A stretch of 63,958 nucleotides of DNA, counting the filler, from Collodictyon triciliatum (Eukaryota): NCBI GenBank assembly GCA_043381765.1. It is 8 parts of 8 records of this genome, joined end to end, with 100 filler letters (N's around TTAATTAATTAA, not from the genome) between each part and the next. Parts side by side here need not be neighbours in the genome. Positions count along the whole stretch, not along the records: positions 1 to 9,398 come from JBHJMP010003028.1; positions 9,499 to 18,895 come from JBHJMP010003031.1; 6 more parts are not named here. The stretch is one strand, 5' to 3'. The notes under the pieces are model-generated. The model was not told the DNA's origin and did not search any database. It saw nothing but the letters and a program-made list of their open reading frames with translations. This document shows, piece by piece, positions 1 to 13,569 of this stretch. The first letter of the stretch is position 1, and each line of letters opens with the position of its first letter. Made by a program: the position numbers and the translations under genes.

Positions 1-1900
1 TTTTTTATTTGGTTTATATATTTTTTGTTTCTCTTGTTTTTCTAGCCTAGTTGCGGGGGGGGGGGGGGGGGGGGGATTTACACGGTGTATGTAAAATTGG
101 ATTATCTTTTATCAAAAACCTCCCGTCAGTTATATTCAATATTCAATCTTAATGATAAAACCTCACCTTGGTCACGAACATATCCTTCGACTTGTCACAA
201 AACTGTGGGTGGCGCAGCACATAAACAAAACAAAAAAAAAACTCACTTATTAAATACTTCTACTATGCGACAAGAATGGGCAAACACAACACAGCACAAC
301 ACAACAAAGTTAAAATTAAAATTAAAATTAAAATCAAAATTAAAATTAAAATGAAAATGAAAATGAAAATGAAAATGAAAATGAAAATGAAAATGAAAAT
401 GAAAATCAAAAAAAAAAGAAAAGAAAAGAAAGGTTGGAAACATCCATAGTGCGATCATGATTGATAAGCTGGGTCTGTCCCCTTTGTCTGAATGCGCAGA
501 GCAAACGCCCCAAAGAGGCGGTTTTCCAGAAAGGCAGGCGAACGTGGACAGAAAGCGAGGTGTTGCTGCGAGCGTCTTCACAGGCGGACTGCACCCGGCA
601 AGTGGATTCACGAAGGCCCCGGATAAGTGTCAGAAAGGTCTTGGTCGCTTTGGGTGCCATGTGTTTGCAAAGCAGCACAGATTTCTTTGTGTTGGTCGCA
701 CGATTCAGTGAATATATGCGTATCTGGAGAGATTCACCGTACCAGTCATATCTTTCTTTTCTGGAAATCAAAATAAACACTCTATTGCCCACACACGAGT
801 GAGCTGGTGGGCGTGGTAGCATCATGGTGTGGCCTCTTTCTCGTTCTTCTTTTCTATTCATGCAACATGGGGCAGGATTCGGTGTTATCTGCTGCCCCCA
901 TGACCCGGAATGGAATCGTCGGATATATAGTATGGGTGATTGAACGCATTACCCCCTCAACCTTGCTTCATTATACTTTTCAGCCCTTTCTATCGGATAT
1001 TTATTGGATGTGAATCTGCTTTGATATGACCTTTCAATTCTGGGTTTTCACCGGCACTGGTCAAGAGGCTCTCAAAATATATTTGACTTCACCATTGTAA
1101 GACAAGTGTTTGCTATTCGAACTGGATAGGTGTCCCAAGCGCCCGATTGATGGATAATTTCATTTATTTAAAAGCGTTTTGCAGTGATTGTTGTAGTCAT
1201 TTTGACATGAATCTAAATAGATAAAGGACTATGATAGGCGATTTATATTCGCGTCGGAAGAATATAAAGTTTAACTGGTCAACTCCTAGAAAAAAAAGAA
1301 AAGAAGGAGCAGAACAATGAAAACAGAGCGAAGGAAGCCAAGATTGTAGTACCCATAAATCTATCCTAACCCCTCATTTCTCATTTTGTATCACCTAGAG
1401 TCAACCGCAACTCGTTGAATATTCCATTCCAAAACATACAAATTACCAACTCACCCGCAACGCTCGCCGAAATCTATCCTTCCTTTATGTGTAATATTGT
1501 GTCATTATAATCTCACACTACAAAGACAATAGTCATTTAACAGCGGGGAACAAAAATGGTCGTGTCTTTAAAAGGCGATGGCGAGTTGTATGCGCCCACC
1601 ATTGAAGTTTTTTTACTATCAAGCTTAAGCCAAGCGCTCTAACGATGAACATAATTTTGCGTAAATATTTGATTTGCATATTTGCATGAAACTAAACTTC
1701 GCAAAGGAGTGAATGCAGCTTATTCTTGTTTTAATTTTGACACATTGATTTTCTTTTAATAAAACTTGGTAAAAAGAATAAAGTATGAGGATTGACACCA
1801 AGGTTCTAATCATATTTATGGATAAGTCCCACTCAAAAGTTACTTCAGCGAGAATGAAAATTTTTTCTCGCCGTTCCATGTTAAGAAGCTAATAGGCGAC

Positions 1901-4370
1901 TTAATGAGCACCCCAGGACTCTGGAATCGCGGCGAATATCTTGGTCGGAAGGTGGACTTCAATGTCAGGGGCCATGGCAATGTCACATTCGACCTTGACA
2001 GAGAACTTCACTTAAATATCCACGGGTATACTCAACCGTTTGCAGGCAGATTTGGTGAAAATGTCGGTAATATAACATACCTCCAGTTGGTATCTGCACT
2101 GAATGTGTTTCCCTGATACCGACGGCTGAAGGTCTTTGGAAAGTTTCAGTGGGAGTTCCATGGTTTTTGACTGTACAATTGAAGCAATTTGTTTCGCAAA
2201 AAAAAAAAAAAACTATATATTCGAAAAGCTTACAGAATAAACTTTGAATATAAAGAAAACTTGGACTTTTGAATTCAAAGTTGCATAGAGTGGGTACCTC
2301 TCCAGCCGGAACACCTGGGTGTTCACTCTCATCAGCTGTGGTGATGTAGAAGCGATGAAGAACCTCCAACTGATTTTCAAGGGGTTCCCCAACAAAAATA
2401 CGAAGAATCCGAATGGATGGTTCCAATCAGTATAGAGACAGTGTAGAATCATGTTAAATATCGGTACATAAAAATAGGAGAACAAAGTGTTTGTTACGGC
2501 AAAAGATTATAAAGTCGGCCGAGGTGGGTGTATCATGACACAAACCCCATGGATGCGGGAACTAGCATGAAGTTGCAGATACCGCATAAGCTTCACCCTC
2601 ATGTGACCGATATCAGATGATGAATTGTTTTGTATGTCAGCCTAAAATACCATGTAATTTTTTTGATTTCTTGTGTTAAAAAAGAAGAAAAATAGAGCCA
2701 TCAACCTTATTCTATGAACGTGAAAAAAATTCATCGAACTTTCTTGATGGTTTCTTAAAATAACCTTAATTTGAGCAGTCTCCCCTGCTATATAGGAGTC
2801 TTTATTAAACCATACTTTCACGGTAGCATGCCCCCGAGGAATGCAACAACATAACAAAACCTATTAAGGAACAAGGGAAGCATCAATGAGGTAAAATTAG
2901 AAAAATCATTATAGTTTTAATAATAGAATGCATTACACTTCCACTTTTCTCCGCGTTTACAGGCTCAACACGACTTTGACCAACATGAACTGCAACATGC
3001 TGTTTTGCTTTCATGTCCTTGGTAAACATGCCATCCACATCGAGACATGCCTTCAGCTGCCGAAACATTTATATTTGAGCAAATATTGTACGACATGAGT
3101 TGTGAAGGTCAAATATAAGTTGATGAATACTAGCTGAAATAAAAATCAAAGAATACTTTGTAAGCTATTTCGGCCTCATATTCATTGCCTGCCCGGTTGA
3201 TGTTGTGACTGTGCATGGTGGAACTATGCATCCTTTATGGGATACATGTATTAGCATGAGCGAATTAAAACATTATACGTGGAGGAGTGTGTGTATATTA
3301 TGGAATACCAGCTTTGTTTCTCCTTGAAGACACTTGGGGATTCGGTTGGAAGCTGGTAACTAAAATTAAAGACATAGTCGCCAGGCTGGATGGTTCCTTG
3401 TGCTATCCAAAAGTCGAAAAAAGTTAATTACCAACAAACATGGATGCATGCGTCGCATATTTTTGGCATACCGTCGAATATTTTGATCTTTTCCTTGAAG
3501 AAGACGTGCTTCTCTAAATAAAAAAATGAAACAAAATAAGCATAGCTAACGCTTGATAAAAATAATATGCAGCAACTTCCTTTATCATGAAATAAATCTG
3601 TTTAGAAACACTTCTCATAATTCGTCATTTTCTCTTTACCTTTGTGCTCTCTCAGTTCGTAATGTACTTGAGTCTGCGGAGGATCGCCTACTTGCTATGG
3701 TTGTGAGAAGGAGGCAAGAATGATGAGCCAATTGTACACATGTTTCATTTTCCTTTTTTAAAAAAGTGTATCATGGACAAGTCTTCGATGCTTTCTCAGG
3801 AGTTGGGTATCACCTCTGTGCGGGTGTGAATTGTCTGAAGCTCCAGTTTCTCAACTCCGGTGGCCTACAAAACATATTATTCCAGTATGGGGGTGACGAT
3901 GATGAAGATGATGATGACCCGTTGGTCGTTCAAAAAACCATGTTTTTCTTATTTTCATACGGGCATACCTTGAGGACAAGCGAGTCGCAACGAATGGGTT
4001 CTTTAATGTGGGCAGTGATTTCCCCAGTCACAACCTAGAGCAGGTTGGAAGAAACCAGTCAGTCAAAGCTGCAAGCATAAAATACAACACCACAGCAGAT
4101 AGGCCGCAGACTTGTGGTGAAGAAAACGTGCCATGCGGCTCATAGTTCAAATGAAATTAAAATCACGCAGGCCCGATTCTTTCTGTCGAAGGAATGCTCA
4201 CCTCCCCCGTCATGTAATAAGCTTTGTGCGTTCGGATTCCGAGCTTCCCTTTTGGCGAGAAAACAGAAAACAATCCCATCCCGAAGATAAAGAAAGGTGT
4301 ACTTTGCTCGAACTTGAAAGGTGGCTTTCAGCCGCTCTGTTCCTTTGGTAAGACAACAAGACATATTCAT
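1901..4370 (-). CDS. Arrestin-domain-containing protein (multi-exon)
   Basis: Exons read VVTGEITAHIKEPIRCDSLVLK, KACLDVDGMFTKDMKAKQHV, LCCCIPRGHATVKVWFNKDSYIAGETAQIK and terminal VECDIAMAPDIEVHLPTKIFAAIPESWGAH* (TAA at 1901-1903). These fit arrestin N/C domains. Start codon uncertain. Confidence 0.72.
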
Positions 4371-4722
4371 CGTTAAGGAGGGACTTTAGACAAAGGAACG
4401 TGAAGGACTAATGAGGGATTTCGGAACGTATGTTGTCGTTTTCTAGCTCTAAGTTTTCTTGGTGAGGCATTTTACCGCAGCAAGGCTTGTGGATTGTGAT
4501 TCTACAAATAAGAAGCCTCACTTTTGTGTTCTTGTTTCATCGCGCTGTGCAAGAACTGCAATTGGAGCTACTCTGTCATCTGTTCTTTGGCGCGAAGAAA
4601 TACAGATCGTAGCCTGGTTTGTGCCAGGACAAAGTCGTTATCCTCAACGGAAAGAACCAATTTAGGATACCGTTGAAGTAAATAATATATAATGTAATAA
4701 ATTTCACAATGAGAACGTGGGA

Positions 4723-4796
4723 GGTTTTGTGGTGTAGTTGGCTATCACATCCGCTTGACATGCGGGAGGTCCTCAGTTCGATCCTGGGCAAAACCA
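4723..4796 (+). tRNA. tRNA-Val, anticodon GAC
   Basis: Acceptor stem GGTTTTG/CAAAACC plus discriminator A. A-box TGGTGTAGTTGG. Anticodon arm TCCGC-TTGACAT-GCGGG with GAC at 4757-4759. T-loop GTTCGATC. TTTT just downstream, a possible Pol III terminator. Confidence 0.93.
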
Positions 4797-6124
4797 CTCT
4801 TTTGCTCTCCTCCTCGCCCTGCTTGCTCTATTTTCTTCTGCCCATTTGCTTTTTCTGTGCTTCCTATCTCTTTTCATTTCCTTTTTATCTCATTTTTGCT
4901 TCATTTCCTTCTTGCTCCTGCTCCTGCTCCCCATGGTTCTATCTCTTCTTCCGAATTCATCTGCTCATGTCACCTTGTTTTGACCCCTCATGTCCGAATA
5001 CTCGCCCGATTATTATCATCCATCCACCCCCACATAAACCCAAAATATTGAACCTTGCATCGTGGTTATGTTTCTTCAACCCCAGCATCCCTTTTATATT
5101 GGGCAGCATAACTATAGTCCTGCTCGCTTGTGTGTCATTTCGGGTTTGTTGCTTCTTTTCAGCATCTGAATCCTTCAGCAACCATTATTCGCCCAAAAAA
5201 AGTCCTCGTGTATGACGCACTACACATATGTCAGCTTAGAGAAAATACAGATGATTGCGGATTCTCTCATGTGTTTCCTGACTGAAGAACTTGCTCAACA
5301 TTGATTTGGCAGTAAAATATTGAGATTTTTTGCGATTTCCACGCAGCATTGACGCCCTCGCCTCTGGGATATAAATGCATTGCAACATAGAATAAGCTGA
5401 TTTGCAAGCACAAATCGCGGGTTCATGGCGTTGGTCAGGCTCCAAAGGTTGAAAGACGGCATTCGAATGACGCATATTATAAGCTAGCGGTAAAATTCAG
5501 GTGGATGGGAACAAATGGGTGATTTCGAGTTGGGTGGGTCATATGAATTTTTACCCATTGTAACATCCAGCTGGACAAGGAATTATGCTCCTATGCTGCT
5601 ACGCCCTATCTCCGTGTTGGTTGTGCGAGGTTTGTTGTGGTGGCTGTTCATTTGGTGGAAGGCAGTGAGTGATTTAAAAAGGAAAAAAGGGGTATACCAT
5701 CAATGGAATTATGCTGCTCAGTCAGCTCAAAGCCCCAGGAAAGAAGGAATGTTTATGACGCCGCGAAGCGGAGAAAATAATGTATTGCGATTGTGAATAC
5801 GGGGATAAAATGGTTAAGGGAGCGTGATGCCCAGGCAACCCTTTACATCAGACAACCCCACGCGGGGAGGGACTGACACAATGTGGCAGCGTGTGAAAAT
5901 GAGTGGTTATCAGTATGGATTAGAGGCGCTGCAGTTCACAACCACCGATACGCGGAAGGGAAGGGGTTGCGGATGAGTTAGGCATGAGTTGGAAGTTGCT
6001 TGGTGCTTTGTGCGGTTGATGATTTGAACTCTGTCACAATGTTTCTGAGCCTTGTTGTGGCTCCATGTCAATGTGAGCTTGGTGGGTGGGATGTCTTGCG
6101 GTGGTTTTCTTTGTTTTTGTCGAT

Positions 6125-6286
6125 AGGCGGTCGGCTCGTAAGCACAACCACCACTCGCATAAATTATGCTGTCGAGCCACCCTAACGGATGTTCGTGCCA
6201 ACCAGAATGCACGCTGTGCAATGCGCATCCCACTTGACAGGCCTCCCGCCTTCGTGATCACGAGACGACCCCAGCCAGGTAAGTAT
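6125..6286 (-). ncRNA. U1: U1 spliceosomal snRNA
   Basis: Minus strand begins ATACTTACCTGG, followed by GATCACGAAG (U1-70K loop), ATTGCAC (U1A loop), Sm site ATAATTTATG and a terminal hairpin. About 162 nt; 3' end approximate. Confidence 0.95.
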
Positions 6287-6331
6287 GCACGTGGCCTATC
6301 AAGTTCAAAATTCTGCCTTCTTGGCTCTTCG

Positions 6332-9204
6332 CTATTTGTACAAGGCCATCTCCATTTCGCATATTCGGTGTCGTGGGTCATCAAATGTCACCACAGATCT
6401 CACATCTGGAAAATATAAACACAGCAATTTATCTCTGGTTACAGTTAATTCGTGGTTATGAACCTTTCTGATTGGAAGCCACGGGTGGAGGGAAGATGGC
6501 TCAATCATGTGCGTTGAAGGCAATCATATTTCGGGTTCGTCGGCAAGTTCCTCGCTTCGTGTTTGTTTTCTCTTTCTTATACTCGGATTCAAACTCTAAT
6601 TCTTACAGTTGTATCAAGCTTGGTCTTCTTTCTTTTTTTTTTTTTTTTTCATTTTTATTATCATTTGTAGCTTACGGCTGCTTGGCACACGCCTTTTCAA
6701 ACCACTCACCAAACGATAGAAAAGGATAAACAAGCACTCCAACGTAGAGTATGCAGATAAAGAATCGATGCCCCTTTTTCTTTTGATAATAGCCCTTCTT
6801 CGAATCATAGTCAAAGATACAGAAAAAAAAATAAGGGGGGGAATGATAGAGGTGGTACCACAATTGATGTTATAACTCAAACATACCGCCAACACGTAGG
6901 CAGGGGAGAAAAAATAGAAAGAAGAAAAGAGAGAGGACAATTACCTTGGAGAGTCACCAATTAAATCGATGCCTGAATTTCGGAAAGAGTCGTCTATCCT
7001 TAAAAGGCTCTGCGCTGCCTCCGAAAATTGCCTCTCCAAATCAGCATCTGTTTTCTGCTCAATGCTGCCAATTGACTTGAACTTTGTCTTCAGCTCCTTC
7101 AATTTGTTTGCATAGTGGTCAAAATTCATGCGGCATTCTTCAACATCAAACTCAATGTCGTGGCTCCTTTTTATCGATACGTCGAGCTGGGGGATGTGTT
7201 TTTCGCTGATGTCCTTTTCCTGCTGGTATGAAGCCGCTATAAGCTGCTGTTGAGCTACAATACGGTCCTCAATAGTACGAATCTCCATCTCTATCGAATG
7301 CAATTGCTGGGTTGATTCAGTGTCTACCTCTCCTGGGGAAGAGGCTTGGGGGTTTGGCTTGTTCAACAAACTCGATTTCATGATTTCCTTGCTGGATTTC
7401 TTTCGCTCCAATGAGTCTTTCTCTCCTGAATGGAGTACTTCAATCTCTTGTCGGTGATTGTCTATCTCCTTCAGTATCTCCTTAAACTTTGCAGATAGGA
7501 TCTCCTTTTCTCGGGCGACAGGGCCAATATCGCGAGTAAGCACCTCCACCATTTTTTTCAGGGAGTTGAATTTCTTATCCGCAGATTTGATGACGGATTT
7601 TATGTGGGATACGTCCAGTTGTTGGGTCTGGTTTTCTCTAGCAATGAAATATCCATTGGCCTCTTTGATATCTTTGTCCAGTCCCTTTCGGCATCTGTGT
7701 ATCAAATTAAGAGATTTTGTGTTGGTCTCATCAGAAACGCGGAATTTGTTGATGTCCATTTCCATTTTTGATATCAGTTGGGTAAGGGAGCGCTCTTGAG
7801 AAGTCTCTTCTTCTGAAGCTACAACAAGAGATGGAAAATCTCCATCAATTTTTGGTATCGCTCGTTTCTTCTGTGCTCCATGAAAACTTGCTTTAATATC
7901 AGATATGTGCGCCCGATAAAGATTAAGGTTTGTGCGCGCATCCCCCAAAAATACATCATATTCACCCATCTTCTCCAAGTGAGACAAATTGGATGCCAAT
8001 AATTTTTCTAGCTCTGGAAGCATTCTAGTGATAATTTTTGAATTGGAGTCGTTCAAGTATCTGCACAGGTCTGTCAGAGTGGCGTGGAGGTTTTTTCCGG
8101 TAGCTATTTCAGCATCGACTTGCTTCAGTTTTTGTTCAATCACAGGGGTTAGCACGGTGTCTAAATATGTTTGCCTTTTGCTTTCAAGAATATCCATCTT
8201 ATTGAGCAGTTGCTGGTCATAATCACGAACAGACTCTAGAAATTTCTGGAAGTCTGATAAGTGGGATGCCATTTTTTGCCTCAGCAAGTTTCTCATTTCT
8301 AACTGATCTTTCGTGCTCCTTATTAAGTCGGATCTCATTTGGTCAAATTGGCCCAATCGCTTCAAAGCTCCCTTGATTGTCTCTTCCAATTCATTGACTT
8401 CTTCTATGCTCATTTCTTTCAAGCGCTCATCTTCCTTTTCGAACCAGTTTAAGTCGCGATGAAGAGCTTTGTAGCTTCTGCCGAGCACTGCAACCAGACG
8501 AGCACTATCCATCTCAAACTTTTGGTAACTCTGGAATTCCATCTCTGCCTTGGACATGAATTGTCGAACAACCTTTTCCTGGTCGAGGTTGCATTCACTG
8601 GCTTGAACATACCTGGGAATCGTGGGAAACGATATGGAAGATGGCACCATATTAGCCGAAGGTAACGCACCTTCCACTGTGCGGGGTGTCTTGAGAGGAG
8701 CCAGTGGAGAGGACTCTTCTTCATTAATACTAGGATTCTCAGCATCGGTTTCCGGGCTGTCAATCTCAGTAGATACGTTGATGGGAGGCGCTATAGATGG
8801 CAGTCCGATGACAGGGATGGGTGTTATTTGTTTTTTGGGAGTTGGTCCCTCCTCTATTGGAGCCTCAGGCGGTGATAAGTCGGGTGGATTAGGAATTAGT
8901 CTCATGTTTTGCGATGTGTTTGTGTTTGTTTGAGGTAGGTTTGCTGCATGATTTGGAGATTCATCTGTGGAATTGCCCAGGTAAGGCTCAACAGTGGTAT
9001 ATTTTGGGGTATGCGGCTCATCTGAATTCATGGGCTTTGTCGTGGGCTGGATGTAGTCGTTAGAGTTAGAGTCCTCGTGTGCGCTAGACTCTAAGGTCTT
9101 GTCGACAGTCTGGGCTTCACTCAAGATGGAGCCTGGTAGGACCATCGGGACAGGGTTTGCCTTCCTGTTTGGGGTAGCTTGCTGCGCTTGGCTTGTGGTA
9201 TATC
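6332..9204 (-). CDS. Long coiled-coil protein with Pro/Ser-rich N-terminal region (5'-truncated)
   Basis: 734-aa ORF 6941-9145, open upstream to an AG acceptor near 9205. Heptad-rich E/K/L/Q composition. The 3' exons down to TAG at 6332 are tentative. Confidence 0.65.
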
Positions 9205-9299
9205 CTACTCAAATATATGTGAGATTCGCTGTATCTGCTTACTACGGTTAATCTAGGAATCTGACCTAATTTCTATGATGAATAAAGTAATGCTGATAC

Positions 9300-9398
<99 letters not shown>

Positions 9399-9498
9399 NN
9401 NNNNNNNNNNNNNNNNNNNNNNNNNNNNNNNNNNNNNNNNNNTTAATTAATTAANNNNNNNNNNNNNNNNNNNNNNNNNNNNNNNNNNNNNNNNNNNN
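9399..9498. other. Artificial contig-join spacer (N + TTAATTAATTAA + N). Same spacer at 18896-18995, 28431-28530, 37919-38018, 46561-46660, 56047-56146 and 62059-62158
   Basis: Identical 100-nt structure each time. The 12-mer puts stops in all six frames. Genes are cut at these points. Confidence 0.97.
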
Positions 9499-9689
9499 TC
9501 TCTCTTCTCTCTCTTCTCTCTCTTCTCTCTCTTCTCTCTCTTCTCTCTCTTCTCTCTCTTCTCTCTCTTCTCTCTCTTCTCTCTCTTCTCTCTCTTTTTT
9601 TTTCCTCTTTTTTCTCTTTTTTTTCTCTTTTTTTTCTCTTTTTTCATTTTCTTTCTTTTCTTTTGGAAAATTTATTTATATAACCAGGT

Positions 9690-11848
9690 AAGCTGTGCTG
9701 GTAAGAATAAGGACGGCGCAAAAGACTGTTTGAAAGAATTTAATCCGAAAGGTACTTTTTTTTTTTTTCAATTTCAAATTTCTCATTTTTTTGATTATTA
9801 ATTTTTCGTTAAATAAAAGAAGAAAAAAGAGAGACACAGACAAAGCGCCATTAAATTGCAATATTTATCTAATAATAGGATATTGGGAAAACATGAAACT
9901 AGTTAAAATAAATGATGAAATTTTGAAGACAACAAGTTTGTATCAATACGGTCACATATCAATATATTCACTTAGCTCTAATGACATTTTGTTTTATCCT
10001 AAAAATACATACAACGAATAAGATAACCACGCTTGGAACATGAAAAAGTGGAATCCATGGAGAGTTAACTTATCTAAAATGGAAAAGTAATGGAGTACAT
10101 TTAAAATAAAAGTCGAATTTTATACTGATAACACGTCATTGCTCTTGGAGAACGTCCTTTTGAATAATTCTCATGCTTTAGCTGGAATGAAAGAATACAG
10201 GAGCTTCTTCGATCACTCTCGGCTGCCCCGCCATGGTTACTCAAGGTTCAAATATTATAAATACTGAGATCCGTGTATGTGAAATTATTCTTATTTTTGA
10301 GAAATTTGTAATACACTGCCTAATGATAAAAGGACCCACGACTAAGTCTCACCTTTGGCCTGTGGAGAAATTACCTTAATAATCCTGTTGTTATACTTGC
10401 TTATCGGCACCCTGTATGTTTTATTTTTTATTACAATTATACATCTTTGAGTGTTCTAAATATAAATACATCCGTTGCAATCATGAACTCAAACAGTTTC
10501 TTTATATTGTAATGGCAAAGGAGGGTGTAGCCAAATCAATCCGACATCGTGATAAATGGCCTCTGTATCAAAGTGCAATATATTGGGAAAAGGTCATCGT
10601 TATCTATTTATATATATATATATTAATATCGATTTATACTTAATATTAAGGATATATTTATTTTTGACAGCCAATAGCTTTATCATTTTTATGATATCGT
10701 TTAATGTCTGTGATTAATTCCAGTCAATATGCAGCCTGAATGTAAGGCGTTAGAAAAAATCGTGTCATGAAAAATTACAAGGGTCGCTTTTTTTTTCTCC
10801 CCTCTCTTTTGTTCTTTTTGAGGGTTTGTATCTATCCTTCGGGATATGCTTCAGAACAATTGTGTCCTAACACCCAGTCGTTTCATCGTAGTATAATTTA
10901 GCTGCCTTGCATTCCTCGTTGGGGCTGAAAAGGATATTTGTAAGCTTCGAGGAGATGAATGAAGACCCTGTCAAAACGATGAAGAGGATAAAATCTGAAC
11001 TAAAATGTACTAACAAAAAAAAAAATGCTCAACACAAATATCACCATATCAGCTTCATAGCGGCATCTACTGTCTGACTACTACTTACGACATCCTCTTG
11101 ACTTAGCGTTCGGATTCCATGGACTTTTGGATATCAAAGACACAGATATAACCTCGTTATTCGATACAAATATGAACCATCATAATAAGTACGAATTTTA
11201 TTTCTCTATACTTATTCAGCAAGCCGGTCGCGTTGATCATAATACCTGGAAAACAAAGAATAACTCACGCAATAATACATGAACAGAACATCTTTCAATT
11301 CCCAAGCAATATCGGAAAATCAATTACGGTTATATAAGATGATGAAGTCTGGCCAGGCTGCGAAGGTACTTGATGTCTCAAGACTCCAAATATCACGATT
11401 TATTTCCTCCATCTGCGCGCGCTTCCTCAGACACCAGATAGCCAAGTCTGTTAAAGCATGAATGGTCTTCTGTCACAAATGTTCTAAGGCAAGTTCTTGC
11501 CGACATCGATAGGTCAATGATTGGTCAGCTGAAATAGAAAAAAGCTTTGGCCTTGGTCCGGGGGAGTGGCCTCCTGGACAAGTAAATCTGAACCCTCATA
11601 TATGACACGACGATATTGCACCCTCCGGTCAAAAATATCAAGGCGTCTGGAAGGGGTGCACCCAACTAGAATCAGAGTATGTACTTGAAAAAATATTCAA
11701 ATATCAGTGCGTTTTTACCTATCGTGGCATTATTTTCCTTTATTTCTGCTGAATTATTTGAAACTTTTTTCTTGGCACTGGCACATGGGTAAATGACTAC
11801 TTTTTTTTTTTTGACTCCTCTAGGCCTATGCCTCTCAAGATGATGTGA
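9690..11848 (+). CDS. Sulfotransferase-family protein, 5'-truncated, multi-exon
   Basis: Spliced motifs NPKG|YWENMKLVKINDEIL, PWLLK|DPRLSLTFGLW and AYRHP|EGVAKSIRHR match the N-x-x-G-F/Y-W-E ... KDPR ... RHP..VA.S pattern of bacterial-type sulfotransferase domains. 3' end tentative. Confidence 0.65.
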
Positions 11849-12280
11849 TTTTCTTCTCCTAATACATTTTTATGCACCATCGAGATTTCCATAATAAATA
11901 TCATTCCGCATGAATTTTACATATTTTTCAAAACTTTTATACGAAATAAGAAAAATGGACTAGTTTTAGGTATTGTTTGTTTGTTTGTTTGTATGTTTGT
12001 TTTATTTATTTGTTTGTTTGTGAGTTATTAACGCCATAATATGAAATTGAAGATGAGTGATGGGATTCGATATCAAAGCGAAGGCGGTAAGGTTTTTGAA
12101 TAGAGCATAAAAAAAATGGAAACAATTATGTATCTTCCCCTTCCTACTTATAGGCTTTGGCAAACTAATCAATTATCACATTAAATGCGTAATTTGTTTA
12201 ATAAATGGCTTGGAATTCATTAAGACAGTACGAGGAGGGAAAGGAAAGAGACCATATTTTGACAGGGGGATTGGCTTTGG

Positions 12281-13569
12281 TTACGAATGAATCGGAGGGA
12301 AGCGAGAGACGATGTCTGTTTTTGGAGAGGTTGTCGTCGACAGTGATTCAGAGGGAGATTCTAGGTATGTCAAGGCAAGAACAATTAATATTCTTACTGT
12401 GGCTAATTGTAATTATGTACGAATCCTATTTGAGGAAGAAATCGTGTGTCCCATCGTCAAAACAACCAACCTGTCCCCTCAGCCAAACACTTTTCCCACG
12501 GCGACAGTTGGCGGATAGTTGAAACCAGATGCGAGTTTGTGGTATTGTACGGTGAAAGTTCGTTTCTATTCGATGATGAAGTGAGAGTCATGAGTGGCGA
12601 GGTACTAAAGGAATTCCACCTCTCCAGTACAACTAGTGTTCGTGTGAATAAGAGGTGGAGAAGTAAGGCACAGAAACTTACGCTTCAAGTTCTTCATTGT
12701 TGACTATGTTATATCCCCGACTAACCCCTTCAGAGTATCGTTGATGCGAGACTCGATGAAGAGTGCGCGCCTCATCTTTTTGCTGTGTCTCGTCGAGCCG
12801 TTTCTAGTGAGAATGTGATAACTAAATTAGGTGTGCACTATTCACAAAAATAGATAGGAATTCTTCTGTCGTCATTTTGTCGATGTTATCGAAAGTGGTA
12901 TAAACGATTATTTTCTTGGTGATTTCAGTTAATACCTTAAAATTGTCCTCATCAAAAAGCTTGTGATACTTTTTGCTCTCAACAAACTTCCAACACCAAT
13001 CAGAAAACCCCTTCTCGTCAGTGACAACATGCCGAGTTATATCATAACACCTGCCAAGACTAAAATACGAATGTTTGTGATTAAATTTGACTGTAGCTTT
13101 TGCGGCGTAACAGAAAAAAACTAGTTTTTTGAGGACCTTTGTCTCATGAATGAAGGCAAATGTGAGTCGCGTAGCATCTTTTGTACTTCGATGATTCTCT
13201 CTTGCTCCCTGTTGTGATTTTGACAAGAAACAGGGTAAATTAAGCTTCTGATAATATCGAGGTCGACGTATTGAGTCTGATTTACAATTTCAACAGGCAA
13301 TACCTGGAGTATTTTTCCTCTTGGTCCCGATTGCCATGTACGCCGAGTATTGGGTCCATGCGGCGGTTTTGCTGTACTTTTCGATCGATGGACTCTGTGA
13401 ACAACCTGTGTTCTTCCTGTACGTTAAAGACTTTGAGAATGTTGATGAACACTACGCTCATTGAGGATTCTGCTACATGTCCAGAAATTAAAATTGTTGG
13501 TAAGGAAAAGAATAGACACCTGATCTTTTTGTTCATGGTTTTCGTGAAACACGTTTGACAGGACATCAT
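12281..13569 (-). CDS. Hypothetical protein (multi-exon)
   Basis: Coding-like segments on the minus strand (e.g. DEKGFSDWCWKFVESKKYHKLFDEDNFK) and a terminal exon ...DIVSRFPPIHS* (TAA at 12281). No family recognised. Confidence 0.4.

Noticed and set aside
243-1013. Several overlapping ORFs at the window start
   Set aside because: No recognisable domain or consistent exon chain, so no call can be supported.
9443-9454. Recurrent palindromic TTAATTAATTAA, roughly every 9.4 kb
   Set aside because: Always embedded in N runs of fixed total length, so it is an artificial six-frame-stop linker. Gene neighbourhoods across these joins are not evidence of clustering.
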